64,000 nt of DNA from an uncultured Prevotellaceae bacterium (GCA_900316285.1 ONCG01000001.1:213422-277421), one strand, 5' to 3'; positions 34,257-43,780 are shown, counted from the stretch's first letter. Translations and numbers: made by a program. The notes: generated by a model from the letters alone, not told the origin.

Positions 34257-34493
34257 CTACTTATTCAGTTTGTTCCAGATCCACAGAACTACTACGGCAC
34301 CAATAACGGCTGTACCGATGTTACTGAACCAGCTGGGTTGCCAAGAAATACCGAGCAGTCCCAGCAACCAGTTGCCGACGACACCACCTACGAGTCCGAG
34401 GAACAGGTCAATCCAGCAGCCTTTTCCTTCGCCGCCGGTAAGTTTAGCGGCAATAAAGCCAGCCAAGATTCCAGTGATAATTGCTTCAATCAT
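34257..34493 (-). CDS. GlsB/YeaQ/YmgE-family stress-response membrane protein
   Basis: 78 aa, MIEAIITGILAGFIAAKLTGG...GLVGGVVGNWLLG, with Gly-zipper TM helices. Confidence 0.85.
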   Translation of the reverse strand: MIEAIITGILAGFIAAKLTGGEGKGCWIDLFLGLVGGVVGNWLLGLLGISWQPSWFSNIGTAVIGAVVVLWIWNKLNK

Positions 34494-34659
34494 AATTACT
34501 TCAATTTTAAAACTATATTCTATCAGTTATTGTGAAGACAACAAGAACAACTTGGAACAACATGTAGTTGTTGATGGTTCTTTCTCCGCGTCGCTACGAA
34601 AGCGGCAGAGCCGAGCGGTCTATGTTGTCTTTGGAAATAATATACGCTAGGTCGTTTTC

Positions 34660-36438
34660 TTACAGCGCCCTGCATGCATTGCGGAGCCATGCCTGATGAT
34701 CTTCATCGAGATAGGGCGAGAGGGTGTCGTAGACACGCTGGTGATAGGCGTTGAGCCAACTGATTTCCTCTGGCAGCATCTCTTCGACGATGATTGGTGT
34801 GAGGTCGATGGGACATAGCGTGAGGGGATCGAACTGCAGGAACGGTCCAAACTCGCCTTCCATGTAGGGTGTGACAAGTAATGTGTTCTCGATGCGCACT
34901 CCAAAACGACCAGGTAGGTAGATGCCAGGCTCGTCGGTGACGGTCATGCCTTCGACGAACGGCGCCGGTTTCCATTCCATACGGAACTGATGCGGACCTT
35001 CGTGAACATTCAGGTACTGCCCTACCCCATGACCAGTGCCATGCAGGTAATTCAATCCTTCGCGCCACATGTACTGACGGGCGAGCACATCCATCTGCGT
35101 GCCGGCAGCACCGCGCGGGAAGATGCAACGTGAAAGCTGGATGTGGCCGCGTAGAACAAGTGTATAGATGTGTCGCTGTTCGTCGGTGATGGGACCAACA
35201 GCAATGGTACGAGTGATATCGGTGGTGCCATCGAGATACTGCGCACCGCTATCGAGCAACAGCAATCCCTTGGGAAGCACGGGGATATCGGTCTCCGGTG
35301 TAGCCTCATAGTGAATGATGGCACCATGCTGTTCGTAACCACAGATGGTGTCGAACGAAATGTCGCGGAATCCCTCCTGCTCTGCACGCAGGGCTGTTAA
35401 CTTCTTGTCGAGCGAGATTTCAGTCTCTCCTCCAGCCTCAACAGCAGGCTGCAACCACTTCAGAAACTTCACCATCGCCACGCCATCCTTGATCATCGCG
35501 CGGCGAAACCCCTCAATCTCCGTAGGGTTTTTAATGGTCTTCATCGTTGCGATGGGCGAGGCGCCGCGCACGATTTCGCGCTGCACAGCCTTCATCAGCG
35601 TGTAACTGGTCTCGTTGGGATCGAGCAGGATGTTATACTCGAAGTAGTCGTGCAGGCCGCGAGCCACGTTCTGATAGTCGTCAACATCAACGCCGCAGTC
35701 GTGCAAGTAGGCCTGCACATCGGCTGGCAACTTCACCTTATTAATATATAAAGTGGTGCGTGTCTGCGAGATGAGCAGATAGGAGACGAAAACGGGGTTG
35801 CAATGCACATCGCTTCCACGGAGGTTCAGCGTCCAGGCGATATCGTCGAGGGCAGAAACAAGCATGCCGTCGGCGTGCTGGCGGCGCAGGGCCTCGCGAA
35901 TGCGGCGCAGCTTCGAAGGCGTTTCCTCACCAGCATACTTCAGCGGATGAATCTCCACGGGATTCATGGGGATGGCGGGACGGTCGTTCCAGATGAAACG
36001 CAGTGGGTCGTAGTTGGTGCGTAGCGTCAGTCCGCCCTCCTTTCGCAGGTCGGCGATGAGATCTTCTATGAAGGCTGCGGAATTCGTCATTCCGTCGGCA
36101 GCGACCTCCTTTGAGCGGCTGTTGCGAAGTTCCTGACCAAGCCATTCGGGAATCGTTGGCGTGCCGGGCATCTTCAACTTCATCAGCTGGAACTCCGTGC
36201 CCCGCAACTGTTCTTCTGCTGCGAGGAAGTAACGGGAGTCGGTCCAGAGGGCGGCACTCGTCATCGTGACCACAGCCGTGCCTGCCGACCCGTTGAAACC
36301 ACTGATCCACTCGCGTCCTTTCCAATGGTCGGGCACGTATTCACCGTTATGCGGGTCGGTGCTGGTGAAGATGTAAGCAGCCAGGCTTTCGCGCTGCATC
36401 TCCGTGCGCAGCGCCTGAATTCGTTCGTTGATAGTCAT
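34660..36438 (-). CDS. Aminopeptidase P family (M24B Xaa-Pro aminopeptidase)
   Basis: 592 aa. N-terminal creatinase/prolidase-like domains are followed by an M24 catalytic domain (LLDSGAQY..GTTDITRT, HGTGHGVGQYLNVHE, EPGIY). Its start overlaps the DUF58 stop in an ATGA. Confidence 0.9.
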   Translation of the reverse strand: MTINERIQALRTEMQRESLAAYIFTSTDPHNGEYVPDHWKGREWISGFNGSAGTAVVTMTSAALWTDSRYFLAAEEQLRGTEFQLMKLKMPGTPTIPEWLGQELRNSRSKEVAADGMTNSAAFIEDLIADLRKEGGLTLRTNYDPLRFIWNDRPAIPMNPVEIHPLKYAGEETPSKLRRIREALRRQHADGMLVSALDDIAWTLNLRGSDVHCNPVFVSYLLISQTRTTLYINKVKLPADVQAYLHDCGVDVDDYQNVARGLHDYFEYNILLDPNETSYTLMKAVQREIVRGASPIATMKTIKNPTEIEGFRRAMIKDGVAMVKFLKWLQPAVEAGGETEISLDKKLTALRAEQEGFRDISFDTICGYEQHGAIIHYEATPETDIPVLPKGLLLLDSGAQYLDGTTDITRTIAVGPITDEQRHIYTLVLRGHIQLSRCIFPRGAAGTQMDVLARQYMWREGLNYLHGTGHGVGQYLNVHEGPHQFRMEWKPAPFVEGMTVTDEPGIYLPGRFGVRIENTLLVTPYMEGEFGPFLQFDPLTLCPIDLTPIIVEEMLPEEISWLNAYHQRVYDTLSPYLDEDHQAWLRNACRAL

Positions 36439-37727
36439 AGGCTTTGTTGTTTGATTTCGAGATATTTGTTGATTACATTTACTGACAGTTGCTCGGGCTG
36501 AGTGAGCAAGGCGGTGATGCCGTGCTGGCGCAACAACGACACGATGAGTCGCTTCTCGTAGACGAACTTCTCGGCAATGACATCGACCACCTCCTGCCCC
36601 TTGCCTCTTGGCGTGAGTTCGTCCTCGAAGAACACCACGAGCAGACGGTGGCGCTTAGAGAGCTGCTGCAAGTAAGGCAGCTGGCGTCGCAGGGCGACAA
36701 GCGTGGTGAAATTGGTGTAGAGCACGAGCAGCGACCGCTTCGTGATGTGCTTGTTCACACTGACGCAGAGCGCACTGTAGTCGGTCTCGCCAAACTCCGT
36801 CTGCTGGGCATGGAGCACCTCCATGGCCTTTTGCAGATGGCCTTGCTGCCGCTCGGCACGCAGGAAAGTGTCTACATAGTCGGCAAAGGTGATGATGCCG
36901 GCACGGTCGTCCTTCCGCATCGCCACGTAGGAAAGTGCCAGCGAGGCATTGATGGCATAGTCGAGGAGTGTCATGCCGCGGAAAGCTTGCTGCATGACAC
37001 GTCCCTTGTCGATGATGCTGTAAATCTGCTGCGAGCGCTCGTCCTGATAGACGTTCACCATGAGCTGATGCCGACGGGCCGTGGCGCGCCAGTTGATGGT
37101 GCGGTAGTCGTCGCCGACGACGTAGTCCTTGATTTGTTCGAATTCCGTGTGATGGCCCACGCGGCGGATGCGCTTGATGCCCTGCTCCGTGAGATTATTA
37201 TGGATGGCAAGGAATTCGTACTGGCTGAGATGAGCAAAAGAAGGGTAGACCTTCACCTCCTGGGATTGCCCTGTGGTGAAGCGCCGTTCGGCAAGGCCGA
37301 TCAGCGTGCGGGCAAAGAGGCGGATGTGACCGAAAGAATAAATGCCCCGGCGCGTGGGACGAAGGTGGTAGTTGACAGATGACTGAGGACCGTCTACAGA
37401 TGGGATATGGCTGGGGGCAGTGAGCCCGGCGGGCACTTCGTCGATGATTTCCACCCTGACGGGAATGCGGTGACGATTTTCGATGGTGATGCTGACAGCA
37501 TTGTCGTCGCCATTCGAGAAGCGGTCGGCGCAATGGCGCGTGGCCGAGAGAGTTGGCTGACTTCTTGCCCAGGGCCAGTAGAGCAGAGCGAGGTCGGCGG
37601 CGAGCAACAGCAACAGTGCAAAGAGCATGCAGCGCCCGATGGTGAACAACGGGAGCCATAGGTAGCCGCCAGCAATCACTAAGATGACGACCGTCATGGC
37701 AATATAGAATCTGCGCGTCAAAAACAC
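36435..37727 (-). CDS. DUF58 domain protein (MoxR partner)
   Basis: 430 aa with two N-terminal TM helices and the DUF58 core (FEQIKDYVVGDDYRTINWRATAR). It has a GTG start; an alternative ATG lies at 37697. Confidence 0.85.
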   Translation of the reverse strand: MFLTRRFYIAMTVVILVIAGGYLWLPLFTIGRCMLFALLLLLAADLALLYWPWARSQPTLSATRHCADRFSNGDDNAVSITIENRHRIPVRVEIIDEVPAGLTAPSHIPSVDGPQSSVNYHLRPTRRGIYSFGHIRLFARTLIGLAERRFTTGQSQEVKVYPSFAHLSQYEFLAIHNNLTEQGIKRIRRVGHHTEFEQIKDYVVGDDYRTINWRATARRHQLMVNVYQDERSQQIYSIIDKGRVMQQAFRGMTLLDYAINASLALSYVAMRKDDRAGIITFADYVDTFLRAERQQGHLQKAMEVLHAQQTEFGETDYSALCVSVNKHITKRSLLVLYTNFTTLVALRRQLPYLQQLSKRHRLLVVFFEDELTPRGKGQEVVDVIAEKFVYEKRLIVSLLRQHGITALLTQPEQLSVNVINKYLEIKQQSL

Positions 37728-37860
37728 TCTAAACTGGGCTCTAGGTTCTAGTTTCTGGTTTCGAGTTTCGAGTTTCTGGTTTCAAGTTTCTCGTTTCGAA
37801 CTACTCTAAAAACTCTCAACTCTAAACTGACTCTCAACTCTAAACTCTCAACTCTAAACT
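37727..37860. repeat. Intergenic spacer made almost entirely of heptamer-phased repeats
   Basis: Eight in-phase heptamers GTTTCnn occupy 37744-37799. They are followed by about eight heptamers CTCTmAA / CTnAACT (37801-37860), which are reverse-complement-like to the first set. Confidence 0.85.
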
Positions 37861-38827
37861 ATTTAGGAACTTCAACTCTTTCGATGAGACGCTGCGCGAC
37901 CTTCAGCGGCGTGTGGCCCTCCATCTCGGCCTCAGCATTGAGGATGAGACGGTGCTGCAGGATGCTGGGTGTGACCTGCTTGATGTCGTCGGGCGTCACG
38001 AAGTCGCGTCCCTGCAGCAGCGCATAGGCTTTCGATGCCTGCAACATGGCCACCGAGGCACGCGGCGAGGCACCGAGGAAGATGGCTTTCGACTGCCGCG
38101 ACAGTTGCACGATGGAGGCGATGTAGCGCATCAGCGACGGCTCCACAAACACCTGCCGCATCAGTTGGCGCAGCTGCAGCAATTCGTCGTGCGTGATGAC
38201 AGGCTTCACATCCTGCAGCCGCGTGAAGGCGGCATTCTCATTGTGATGAGCCAGGATGGCCACCTCCTCATCGAGCGACGGATAGCCCATCGTGATTTTC
38301 ATGAGGAAACGGTCGGTCTGTGCTTCAGGCAACTTGTAGGTGCCCTCCTGCTCCACGGGGTTCTGCGTGGCGATGATGGTGTAGATGTCGCCCATGCGAC
38401 GCGTCTCGCCGTCGATGGTGACCTGCCGTTCCTCCATCACCTCGAAGAGGGCCGCCTGCGTCTTGGCTGGAGCGCGGTTGATTTCGTCGACCAGCACGAT
38501 GTCGGCAAAGACCGGACCGGCATGGAAGTCGAAGGCCTGCGTCTGCATGTTGAACACCGTCGTGCCCAGCACGTCGCTAGGCATGAGGTCAGGCGTGAAC
38601 TGGATGCGGCTGAAGCGCGTGTCGATGAGTCGGGCGATGAGTCGCGCCAATAGCGTCTTGGCCACACCCGGCACGCCCTCGATGAGCACGTGGCCGTCGG
38701 CGAGGATGGCGGTGAGCACAAGGTCGACGGTGGCCTCTTGTCCCACGATGACGTGGCTGATGCTTTCGCGCAACTGGCGGATTTTCTCCGCAAACTGTGT
38801 GAGGTCGATTCTTTCTGTCTGTTCCAT
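37859..38827 (-). CDS. MoxR-family AAA+ ATPase
   Basis: 322 aa with Walker A (GVPGVAKT), Walker B (VLVDEINRA) and a MoxR-type C-terminal lid. Confidence 0.93.
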   Translation of the reverse strand: MEQTERIDLTQFAEKIRQLRESISHVIVGQEATVDLVLTAILADGHVLIEGVPGVAKTLLARLIARLIDTRFSRIQFTPDLMPSDVLGTTVFNMQTQAFDFHAGPVFADIVLVDEINRAPAKTQAALFEVMEERQVTIDGETRRMGDIYTIIATQNPVEQEGTYKLPEAQTDRFLMKITMGYPSLDEEVAILAHHNENAAFTRLQDVKPVITHDELLQLRQLMRQVFVEPSLMRYIASIVQLSRQSKAIFLGASPRASVAMLQASKAYALLQGRDFVTPDDIKQVTPSILQHRLILNAEAEMEGHTPLKVAQRLIERVEVPK

Positions 38828-40117
38828 TTATCTGATTCTCTTTGTTATTTCATTCATTTGGTTGACGTAGGTCTCCATCGCCTTCCGCGTGATCTGGCTT
38901 TCATCCAGGTGCAGCCGGCGCAGGTCGCTCAGCAGCGAGGCCACCTCGTCGGGATGCATTCCTACAGCATGTGCCAACAGAGGGATGTTCTGATTGTCCT
39001 CAACCGTGTCGGTGATGTCGATGTTGAGTAGTCGGCGCAGCTCCTCGGCAAAGTAGGTGAACTTCTTCAGCGTGAGGTCGCGCCAGTCGCGGCGCTGCTC
39101 GTAGAGGCCGGCGATGAGGGCGACGAACTCCTGCGAACGGTCTTCGGGACTTTTCACCACCGGCACGGCACGCTGTCGGCGGCGGGCGGTGAAGAGCAGG
39201 AACGCCAGGCAGGTGAGCATCGTCAGATAGAGAGCCCAGCGCAGGGGCCTGTGGGTGAGGAAATAGCGCAGCGGCGAGCCTTCCACAGCATCATCGCGGG
39301 TGGGCAGGTAGGCCGTAGAGCGCACCACGGGCAGGTCCTTCACCTCGTTGAGGATGCGCAGCACGTAGTCGCGTCCCTCGTCGTCGAGGATGCCGTAGTT
39401 CGTGAAGAGCAGCGGCGTGGAAGCCAGGAAGACATGACCCTTGCCGATAGGGAAATCGACAGCCATCATCCAGGCATCGCTCTTCGGACTGAAAGCCAGT
39501 ACGCGGTAGTCGCGCTTGACAGTCTTTGATGGCGTTGTCACCTTCTCCTCGGAGGTACCTTCGATAGAATCGAGGTCGAAATCTTCCAGCAGATGGCGGC
39601 TGCCCAGCTGCGGATAGAGCATGAACGTACGCGACCAATAGGGGGTTCCATAGCGTTTCCAGAGGATGAGCGAGTCGCGCTTGTAATGCTGGGCAAGCCC
39701 CATTTGCATAGGCTCCGAACTCCAATCGGTAGTGGCATAGACGCCCATCGTGTCCTCCATCTGACTGCTGAAACCGTGAGCGACAAGGATGATTTTGTTG
39801 CCACGCTCAGCCATTCGCAGCATAGTCTTGACGTCGATGTTCTCCAGATTATAAAGATGTTCCGCCACCACCAGCACGGTCTGCCTGCGCGTCGTGTCGG
39901 CTTGCTCCAGCTGGTAGAGGGTCTGCCGCGTGACCTGGTAGCCGTTGGGCAGGGTGGCCTTGAGCACGCTGTCGAAGAGTTGGCTGCCGAAGGGCTGCGT
40001 GCTCTTCGCGCTGAACGACGGATGCCAGTTGAAGCGGCGCGGCATGCGATACTCGGCCACGAACACCACAGCGAGGAATGCCACGATGCAGAGCATGTAG
40101 ACGCGTGAGAACTTCAT
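38828..40117 (-). CDS. DUF4350-like membrane protein
   Basis: 429 aa with an N-terminal TM segment and a second TM segment near residue 290. It sits between DUF4129 and MoxR, as in the conserved cluster. The family call is from context and memory. Confidence 0.6.
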   Translation of the reverse strand: MKFSRVYMLCIVAFLAVVFVAEYRMPRRFNWHPSFSAKSTQPFGSQLFDSVLKATLPNGYQVTRQTLYQLEQADTTRRQTVLVVAEHLYNLENIDVKTMLRMAERGNKIILVAHGFSSQMEDTMGVYATTDWSSEPMQMGLAQHYKRDSLILWKRYGTPYWSRTFMLYPQLGSRHLLEDFDLDSIEGTSEEKVTTPSKTVKRDYRVLAFSPKSDAWMMAVDFPIGKGHVFLASTPLLFTNYGILDDEGRDYVLRILNEVKDLPVVRSTAYLPTRDDAVEGSPLRYFLTHRPLRWALYLTMLTCLAFLLFTARRRQRAVPVVKSPEDRSQEFVALIAGLYEQRRDWRDLTLKKFTYFAEELRRLLNIDITDTVEDNQNIPLLAHAVGMHPDEVASLLSDLRRLHLDESQITRKAMETYVNQMNEITKRIR

Positions 40118-40716
40118 GCCGCACCTCCTTCCTGACTGAGCCTGAGCACCTCATCATAGAGCCCGCGCGTGGCCTCGAAATTGCCGTAGCGCACGCGCAG
40201 GAAGTGCTGCGTGAGCAGGCGGAAAGCCTCTGACGGAAACTCGCGCACATACTGCGTAGGTGTCTTCGACGGTTGCCAGTCGATGCGCCCCGTGTCGCTC
40301 AGCCGCCGCAGCGTCTTCAGATAGACGTAGCGCACGGCCTGGCGGTAGTTCTCCTGACTGAGCGCACGGCTGATTTCAGCATTGAAGTCGATGCCGTAGA
40401 TGTTGTCCGGCAGTTCTTCCTCCTCAGCAGCAGTCTTTCGGTTGCGCATGAAGAGCTCCGGGCGATATCGATAGAGGAACCACGCGATGAGCCCTATCAC
40501 GACAACGCCGAGGAACATCAGCACGGCATTGCGCACGCCCACCGAGAGGCTGTCGTCGAAGAAAGTGTCCACCCATCTGAGGAACTTCTGCACCAGCCAG
40601 TCCCACAACGACTCCTGCTGCGCTACGAGCTCGCGGTTGTAGTCGTAGGCAGGATTCTGCTGCATCGCATGTAGCTGAGCGGTGTCGCAGGCCAGGGTGT
40701 CGGTGAAAACTGACAA
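40114..40716 (-). CDS. DUF4129 domain protein
   Basis: 200 aa with a central TM segment and a C-terminal pattern (YVYLKTLRRLSDTGRIDWQPSKTPTQYVREF...RVRYGN) typical of DUF4129. It has a TTG start; an alternative ATG lies at 40665. Confidence 0.7.
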   Translation of the reverse strand: MSVFTDTLACDTAQLHAMQQNPAYDYNRELVAQQESLWDWLVQKFLRWVDTFFDDSLSVGVRNAVLMFLGVVVIGLIAWFLYRYRPELFMRNRKTAAEEEELPDNIYGIDFNAEISRALSQENYRQAVRYVYLKTLRRLSDTGRIDWQPSKTPTQYVREFPSEAFRLLTQHFLRVRYGNFEATRGLYDEVLRLSQEGGAA

Positions 40717-40731
40717 AATGCGGCTATTGGT

Positions 40732-41667
40732 TTACAGGTTCTCAAACTTGTCGATGTCGGCCTCCACGGTGACGTGGTCAATCTTCTCGGCAGCATGACC
40801 ATACTGGTAGGCCAGGCCGATGGTGGGCACGGCGTAGCAGAGGAACGTCACGAACGACTGCAGCACGGAGAGCAGGAACACCATGAAGCCGAAGCCCGTC
40901 GTGCCGACGAAGCTCTCGGCATCTTCCTCCATTCCAAATGCGGCCTGAGCGCCGAGGGCAATGCTCCACGGCAGCGAGATGATGCCCGAGACGATACCTA
41001 CAATCAGTCCCAGCACAAACATCACGGCAAAGATGCCGCCCCACGTGCGGAAGCCCAGTCGCATTGCCTTCTTCAGTGCTCCCACCAGCGTGATGTCGTC
41101 TTCAAAGAGATAGATGGGCGTCATGAGCGAGATGGGCACGAGCACCACGAGCAGCGCGATGTAGATGACCGCTAGAAAGAGCACCCGCAGCGCAGTGCCC
41201 AGCACGAAGACCAGCGCCCCAGCCACGGCACTCACCAGCAGCCCCAGCAAGAGGGCGAAGCCCAGCAGCTTGAACGAGCGCTTCAGCGCAGGCATGAACA
41301 CGGGCTTAAACTCCGCCCACGTCAGGCCACGCAGCCGATTCTCACGCTCGCCATAGACGCGCATCAGTCCGTAGACGACGGCGCTCAGCAGCGGATAGCC
41401 CACGAACAGGGCCACCACGATTCCTCCGAACGAGGAAGCCAGTTCCACCATCGCTTCCGGCGACACTTCATCGCCGTTGGCGGCCAGATGCAGCACACTG
41501 TTCAGGTAGCCATTCATGGCCAACCCCATGACGAGGGCCACGGGCAGCATGAAATAGGTGATGTACTTCAGCAGCGGCTTCAGGTTTTCGCTGACGAAGG
41601 CGAACGTGTCGCTGATTTTCTCGCCGAACTGGCGCACCTTATACAAGGGAATTTTCTGTGTTTCCAT
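40732..41667 (-). CDS. Polytopic membrane protein (uncharacterised)
   Basis: I chose the ATG at 41667 (METQKIPLYKVRQFGEK); the ORF-track start is a TTG. There are about six predicted TM helices. It overlaps the end of the upstream gene by 29 nt. Confidence 0.65.
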   Translation of the reverse strand: METQKIPLYKVRQFGEKISDTFAFVSENLKPLLKYITYFMLPVALVMGLAMNGYLNSVLHLAANGDEVSPEAMVELASSFGGIVVALFVGYPLLSAVVYGLMRVYGERENRLRGLTWAEFKPVFMPALKRSFKLLGFALLLGLLVSAVAGALVFVLGTALRVLFLAVIYIALLVVLVPISLMTPIYLFEDDITLVGALKKAMRLGFRTWGGIFAVMFVLGLIVGIVSGIISLPWSIALGAQAAFGMEEDAESFVGTTGFGFMVFLLSVLQSFVTFLCYAVPTIGLAYQYGHAAEKIDHVTVEADIDKFENL

Positions 41668-42610
41668 TTTTTCTTTTAATAGGTAAAACGATATAATAGA
41701 ATATGACAAATGCAAGCGAAGAGAGGATGACCGTCAGCCGCACGGCGTCGGGCCACTCGGTGTGGCGGGTGCAGAAGCCTTCGATGAAGCCTGCCACGAC
41801 GAACAGCGGCACCGTGCCCACGACGATCTTCAGCGAGCGGCGGGCACCCCTGCGGAACGACTCCAGCCGCGACAGCGTGCCGGGAAACAGCCAGCCGTTG
41901 CCCAGCACCACACCGGCCGCACCGGCCACGATGATGGCAGAAATCTCCAGCGTGCCGTGCAGCCACACGGCGAGCATCGACTCCGTGCCCAGCCCCTGCT
42001 GGAAGAAGAACGTCTGGAACGAACCCAGCATCACGCCGTTCTGAAACAGGTAGTAGCCCGTGCCGACCGATGTCAGCAGGCCCATGGCAAACACCACGAA
42101 CGACACCCAGATGTTGTTCAGCGTGATGCCGAGAAACATGTCGGTCTCGTTTTCCGACCCATACACGCCCATCGGCTCGCCCTTCGCGATGTTCTCGAGC
42201 GTCATGTCGACATAGCCGTCGCCCAGTATCACACGGCAGAACTCCGCATCGCCCAGCTGCGACACCACACCGATGAGCACGCTCACGGCGAAAATCGCCA
42301 GCGACACCAGCAGCGCCCGCCGTTCCCGGTGCATCGCCAGCGGCACCTCGTGGGTCCAGAACGTCACCAGGCGCGACCAGCGTTCGCGCTTCGACCGATA
42401 CAGCTCGTTGTGCAAGGCCGAAGCCAGGTTGTTCAGGTACATCGTGATGCGCGACTGCGGATAGTGGCTCTGTGCGAAGGCCAGGTCGGAGGTGGTTTCC
42501 ACATAGGCATCGGCCAGCTCGTCGGGCGACACGCTGCTCACATCGGCGACGATGCCCTCCGTGGCACGCCATTTTTCGATGTTCTGCCGAATGAAAACTA
42601 CTTCCTTCAT
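41639..42610 (-). CDS. SpoIIM-like (stage II sporulation protein M family) membrane protein
   Basis: I chose the ATG at 42610 (MKEVVFIRQNIEKWR). The protein has a cytoplasmic N-domain followed by about five TM helices, matching the family pattern from memory. Confidence 0.65.
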   Translation of the reverse strand: MKEVVFIRQNIEKWRATEGIVADVSSVSPDELADAYVETTSDLAFAQSHYPQSRITMYLNNLASALHNELYRSKRERWSRLVTFWTHEVPLAMHRERRALLVSLAIFAVSVLIGVVSQLGDAEFCRVILGDGYVDMTLENIAKGEPMGVYGSENETDMFLGITLNNIWVSFVVFAMGLLTSVGTGYYLFQNGVMLGSFQTFFFQQGLGTESMLAVWLHGTLEISAIIVAGAAGVVLGNGWLFPGTLSRLESFRRGARRSLKIVVGTVPLFVVAGFIEGFCTRHTEWPDAVRLTVILSSLAFVIFYYIVLPIKRKNGNTENSLV

Positions 42611-42632
42611 CGTTTTTCGTCTGTTTTCATTG

Positions 42633-42640
42633 CAAAAGTA
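42633..42640 (-). promoter_or_regulatory. Candidate -7 box (TACTTTTG) for the SpoIIM-like to pepP gene chain
   Basis: Plus-strand CAAAAGTA, 23 nt upstream of the ATG at 42610. Confidence 0.5.
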
Positions 42641-42652
42641 GATATTATTTTT

Positions 42653-42660
42653 TAATTTTG
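42653..42660 (+). promoter_or_regulatory. Candidate -7 box (TAATTTTG) for the RDD gene
   Basis: TAATTTTG lies 31 nt upstream of the ATG at 42691. It forms a back-to-back divergent promoter pair with 42633-42640. Confidence 0.5.
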
Positions 42661-42690
42661 CAAGCGAAACAGGAAAAAACGTCAATCACA

Positions 42691-43398
42691 ATGGCTGACA
42701 TCATTACCGGACAATACGTCAAGATCACGCAGACACCCGCCAGCATCGGCGAGCGCATGGCCGCCCAACTCATCGACTGGGTGGTGATGCTGGCCTACTT
42801 TTTCTTGATGCGATATTTCTTCGACATGGCTGGCCTGTACAGCACCAGCCTCATCCTTCTATTCATCATACTCCCCATCCTGTTCTACTCGCTGCTCTGC
42901 GAAGTGTTCAACAACGGGCAGTCGCTGGGCAAGCGCATCATGAAAATCCGCGTCGTGATGAAGGACGGCTCTACGCCCACGCTGGGCAGCTACCTGCTGC
43001 GCTGGCTGCTCTGGACGGTCGACGGCCCCACCCTGTCGTTCCTGGGCGTGCTGGTCATCCTCATCAACCGCCACAACCAGCGCCTGGGCGACCTCGCCGC
43101 CGGCACGATGGTGGTGCGCCTCAACAGCTACTCGCGCCTGCAGGTGTCGCTCGACGAGTTCCGCCACCTCAGTCCCGACTACCGCCCCACCTATCCGCAG
43201 GCCGCCGACCTCTCGCTGGAGCAGGTGAACCTCATGAGCAAGACGCTGGAACTCGACATGGACGACCCGCGCATCTCAGCCCTTGCCGCCAAGGTGCGCC
43301 AGACGCTTGGCATACAGACCGTCCACGAACGCAGCGACGTGTCGTTCCTCTGGCAACTCGTGCGCGACTACCAATACTACGCACTCGAGGAGATTTAA
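42691..43398 (+). CDS. RDD family membrane protein
   Basis: I chose the ATG at 42691 (MADIITGQYVKI). ERMAAQLIDWVVM... plus three TM helices and the RLGDLAAGTMVV motif define the RDD domain. Confidence 0.8.
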   Translation: MADIITGQYVKITQTPASIGERMAAQLIDWVVMLAYFFLMRYFFDMAGLYSTSLILLFIILPILFYSLLCEVFNNGQSLGKRIMKIRVVMKDGSTPTLGSYLLRWLLWTVDGPTLSFLGVLVILINRHNQRLGDLAAGTMVVRLNSYSRLQVSLDEFRHLSPDYRPTYPQAADLSLEQVNLMSKTLELDMDDPRISALAAKVRQTLGIQTVHERSDVSFLWQLVRDYQYYALEEI

Positions 43399-43434
43399 AG
43401 TGCTCCACCCCGGGGTGGGGCACTTGTGTTTTGG
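43399..43434 (+). terminator. GC-rich hairpin plus a weak T-run after the RDD gene
   Basis: AGTGCTCCACCCC / GGGGTGGGGCACT followed by TGTGTTTTGG. Confidence 0.5.
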
Positions 43435-43673
43435 TAATTACATACTTTTAGGCCCAACAGGGATTTTATCCGCTACGCGGGCTTCGAAAAACATAATAAA
43501 ACCACAAAAACCAAAGAAAACATTTGGCTTTTATCTGTGTATACCCTAAATGTTTTTTCCTGTTTTTGATGTTTTCTTTTGTTTTTTAAAGGCGCGAAGC
43601 GCATTATGAGCTTAGAGTCAAATTCTATAGGTTTCCTGCATTTTTTAGATTAAATAACATTTCACGGCGAAAA

Positions 43674-43704
43674 AACTCTAAGCTCTAAACTCTAAACTCT
43701 AAAC
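43674..43704. repeat. Heptamer repeat (AACTCTA, about 4.5 copies) just upstream of the mdh -7 box
   Basis: AACTCTA-AGCTCTA-AACTCTA-AACTCTA-AACT. Confidence 0.8.
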
Positions 43705-43711
43705 TTTTTTG

Positions 43712-43719
43712 TAATTTTG
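43712..43719 (+). promoter_or_regulatory. Candidate -7 box (TAATTTTG) for mdh
   Basis: 62 nt upstream of the mdh ATG. The leader (43742-43780) is itself an AAATCGT-type 7-8-mer repeat. Confidence 0.5.
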
Positions 43720-43780
43720 CAGTCGAAATAAAAATTTTCAAAAATCGTAAATCAATAAATCGTAAATCCGTAAATCAACT

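Noticed and set aside
41676-42572. A 298-aa alternative-frame ORF on the minus strand within the SpoIIM-like gene.
   Set aside because: It has an Arg/Gly/Ala-rich out-of-frame composition. The 42610-41639 frame gives a coherent multi-TM protein.
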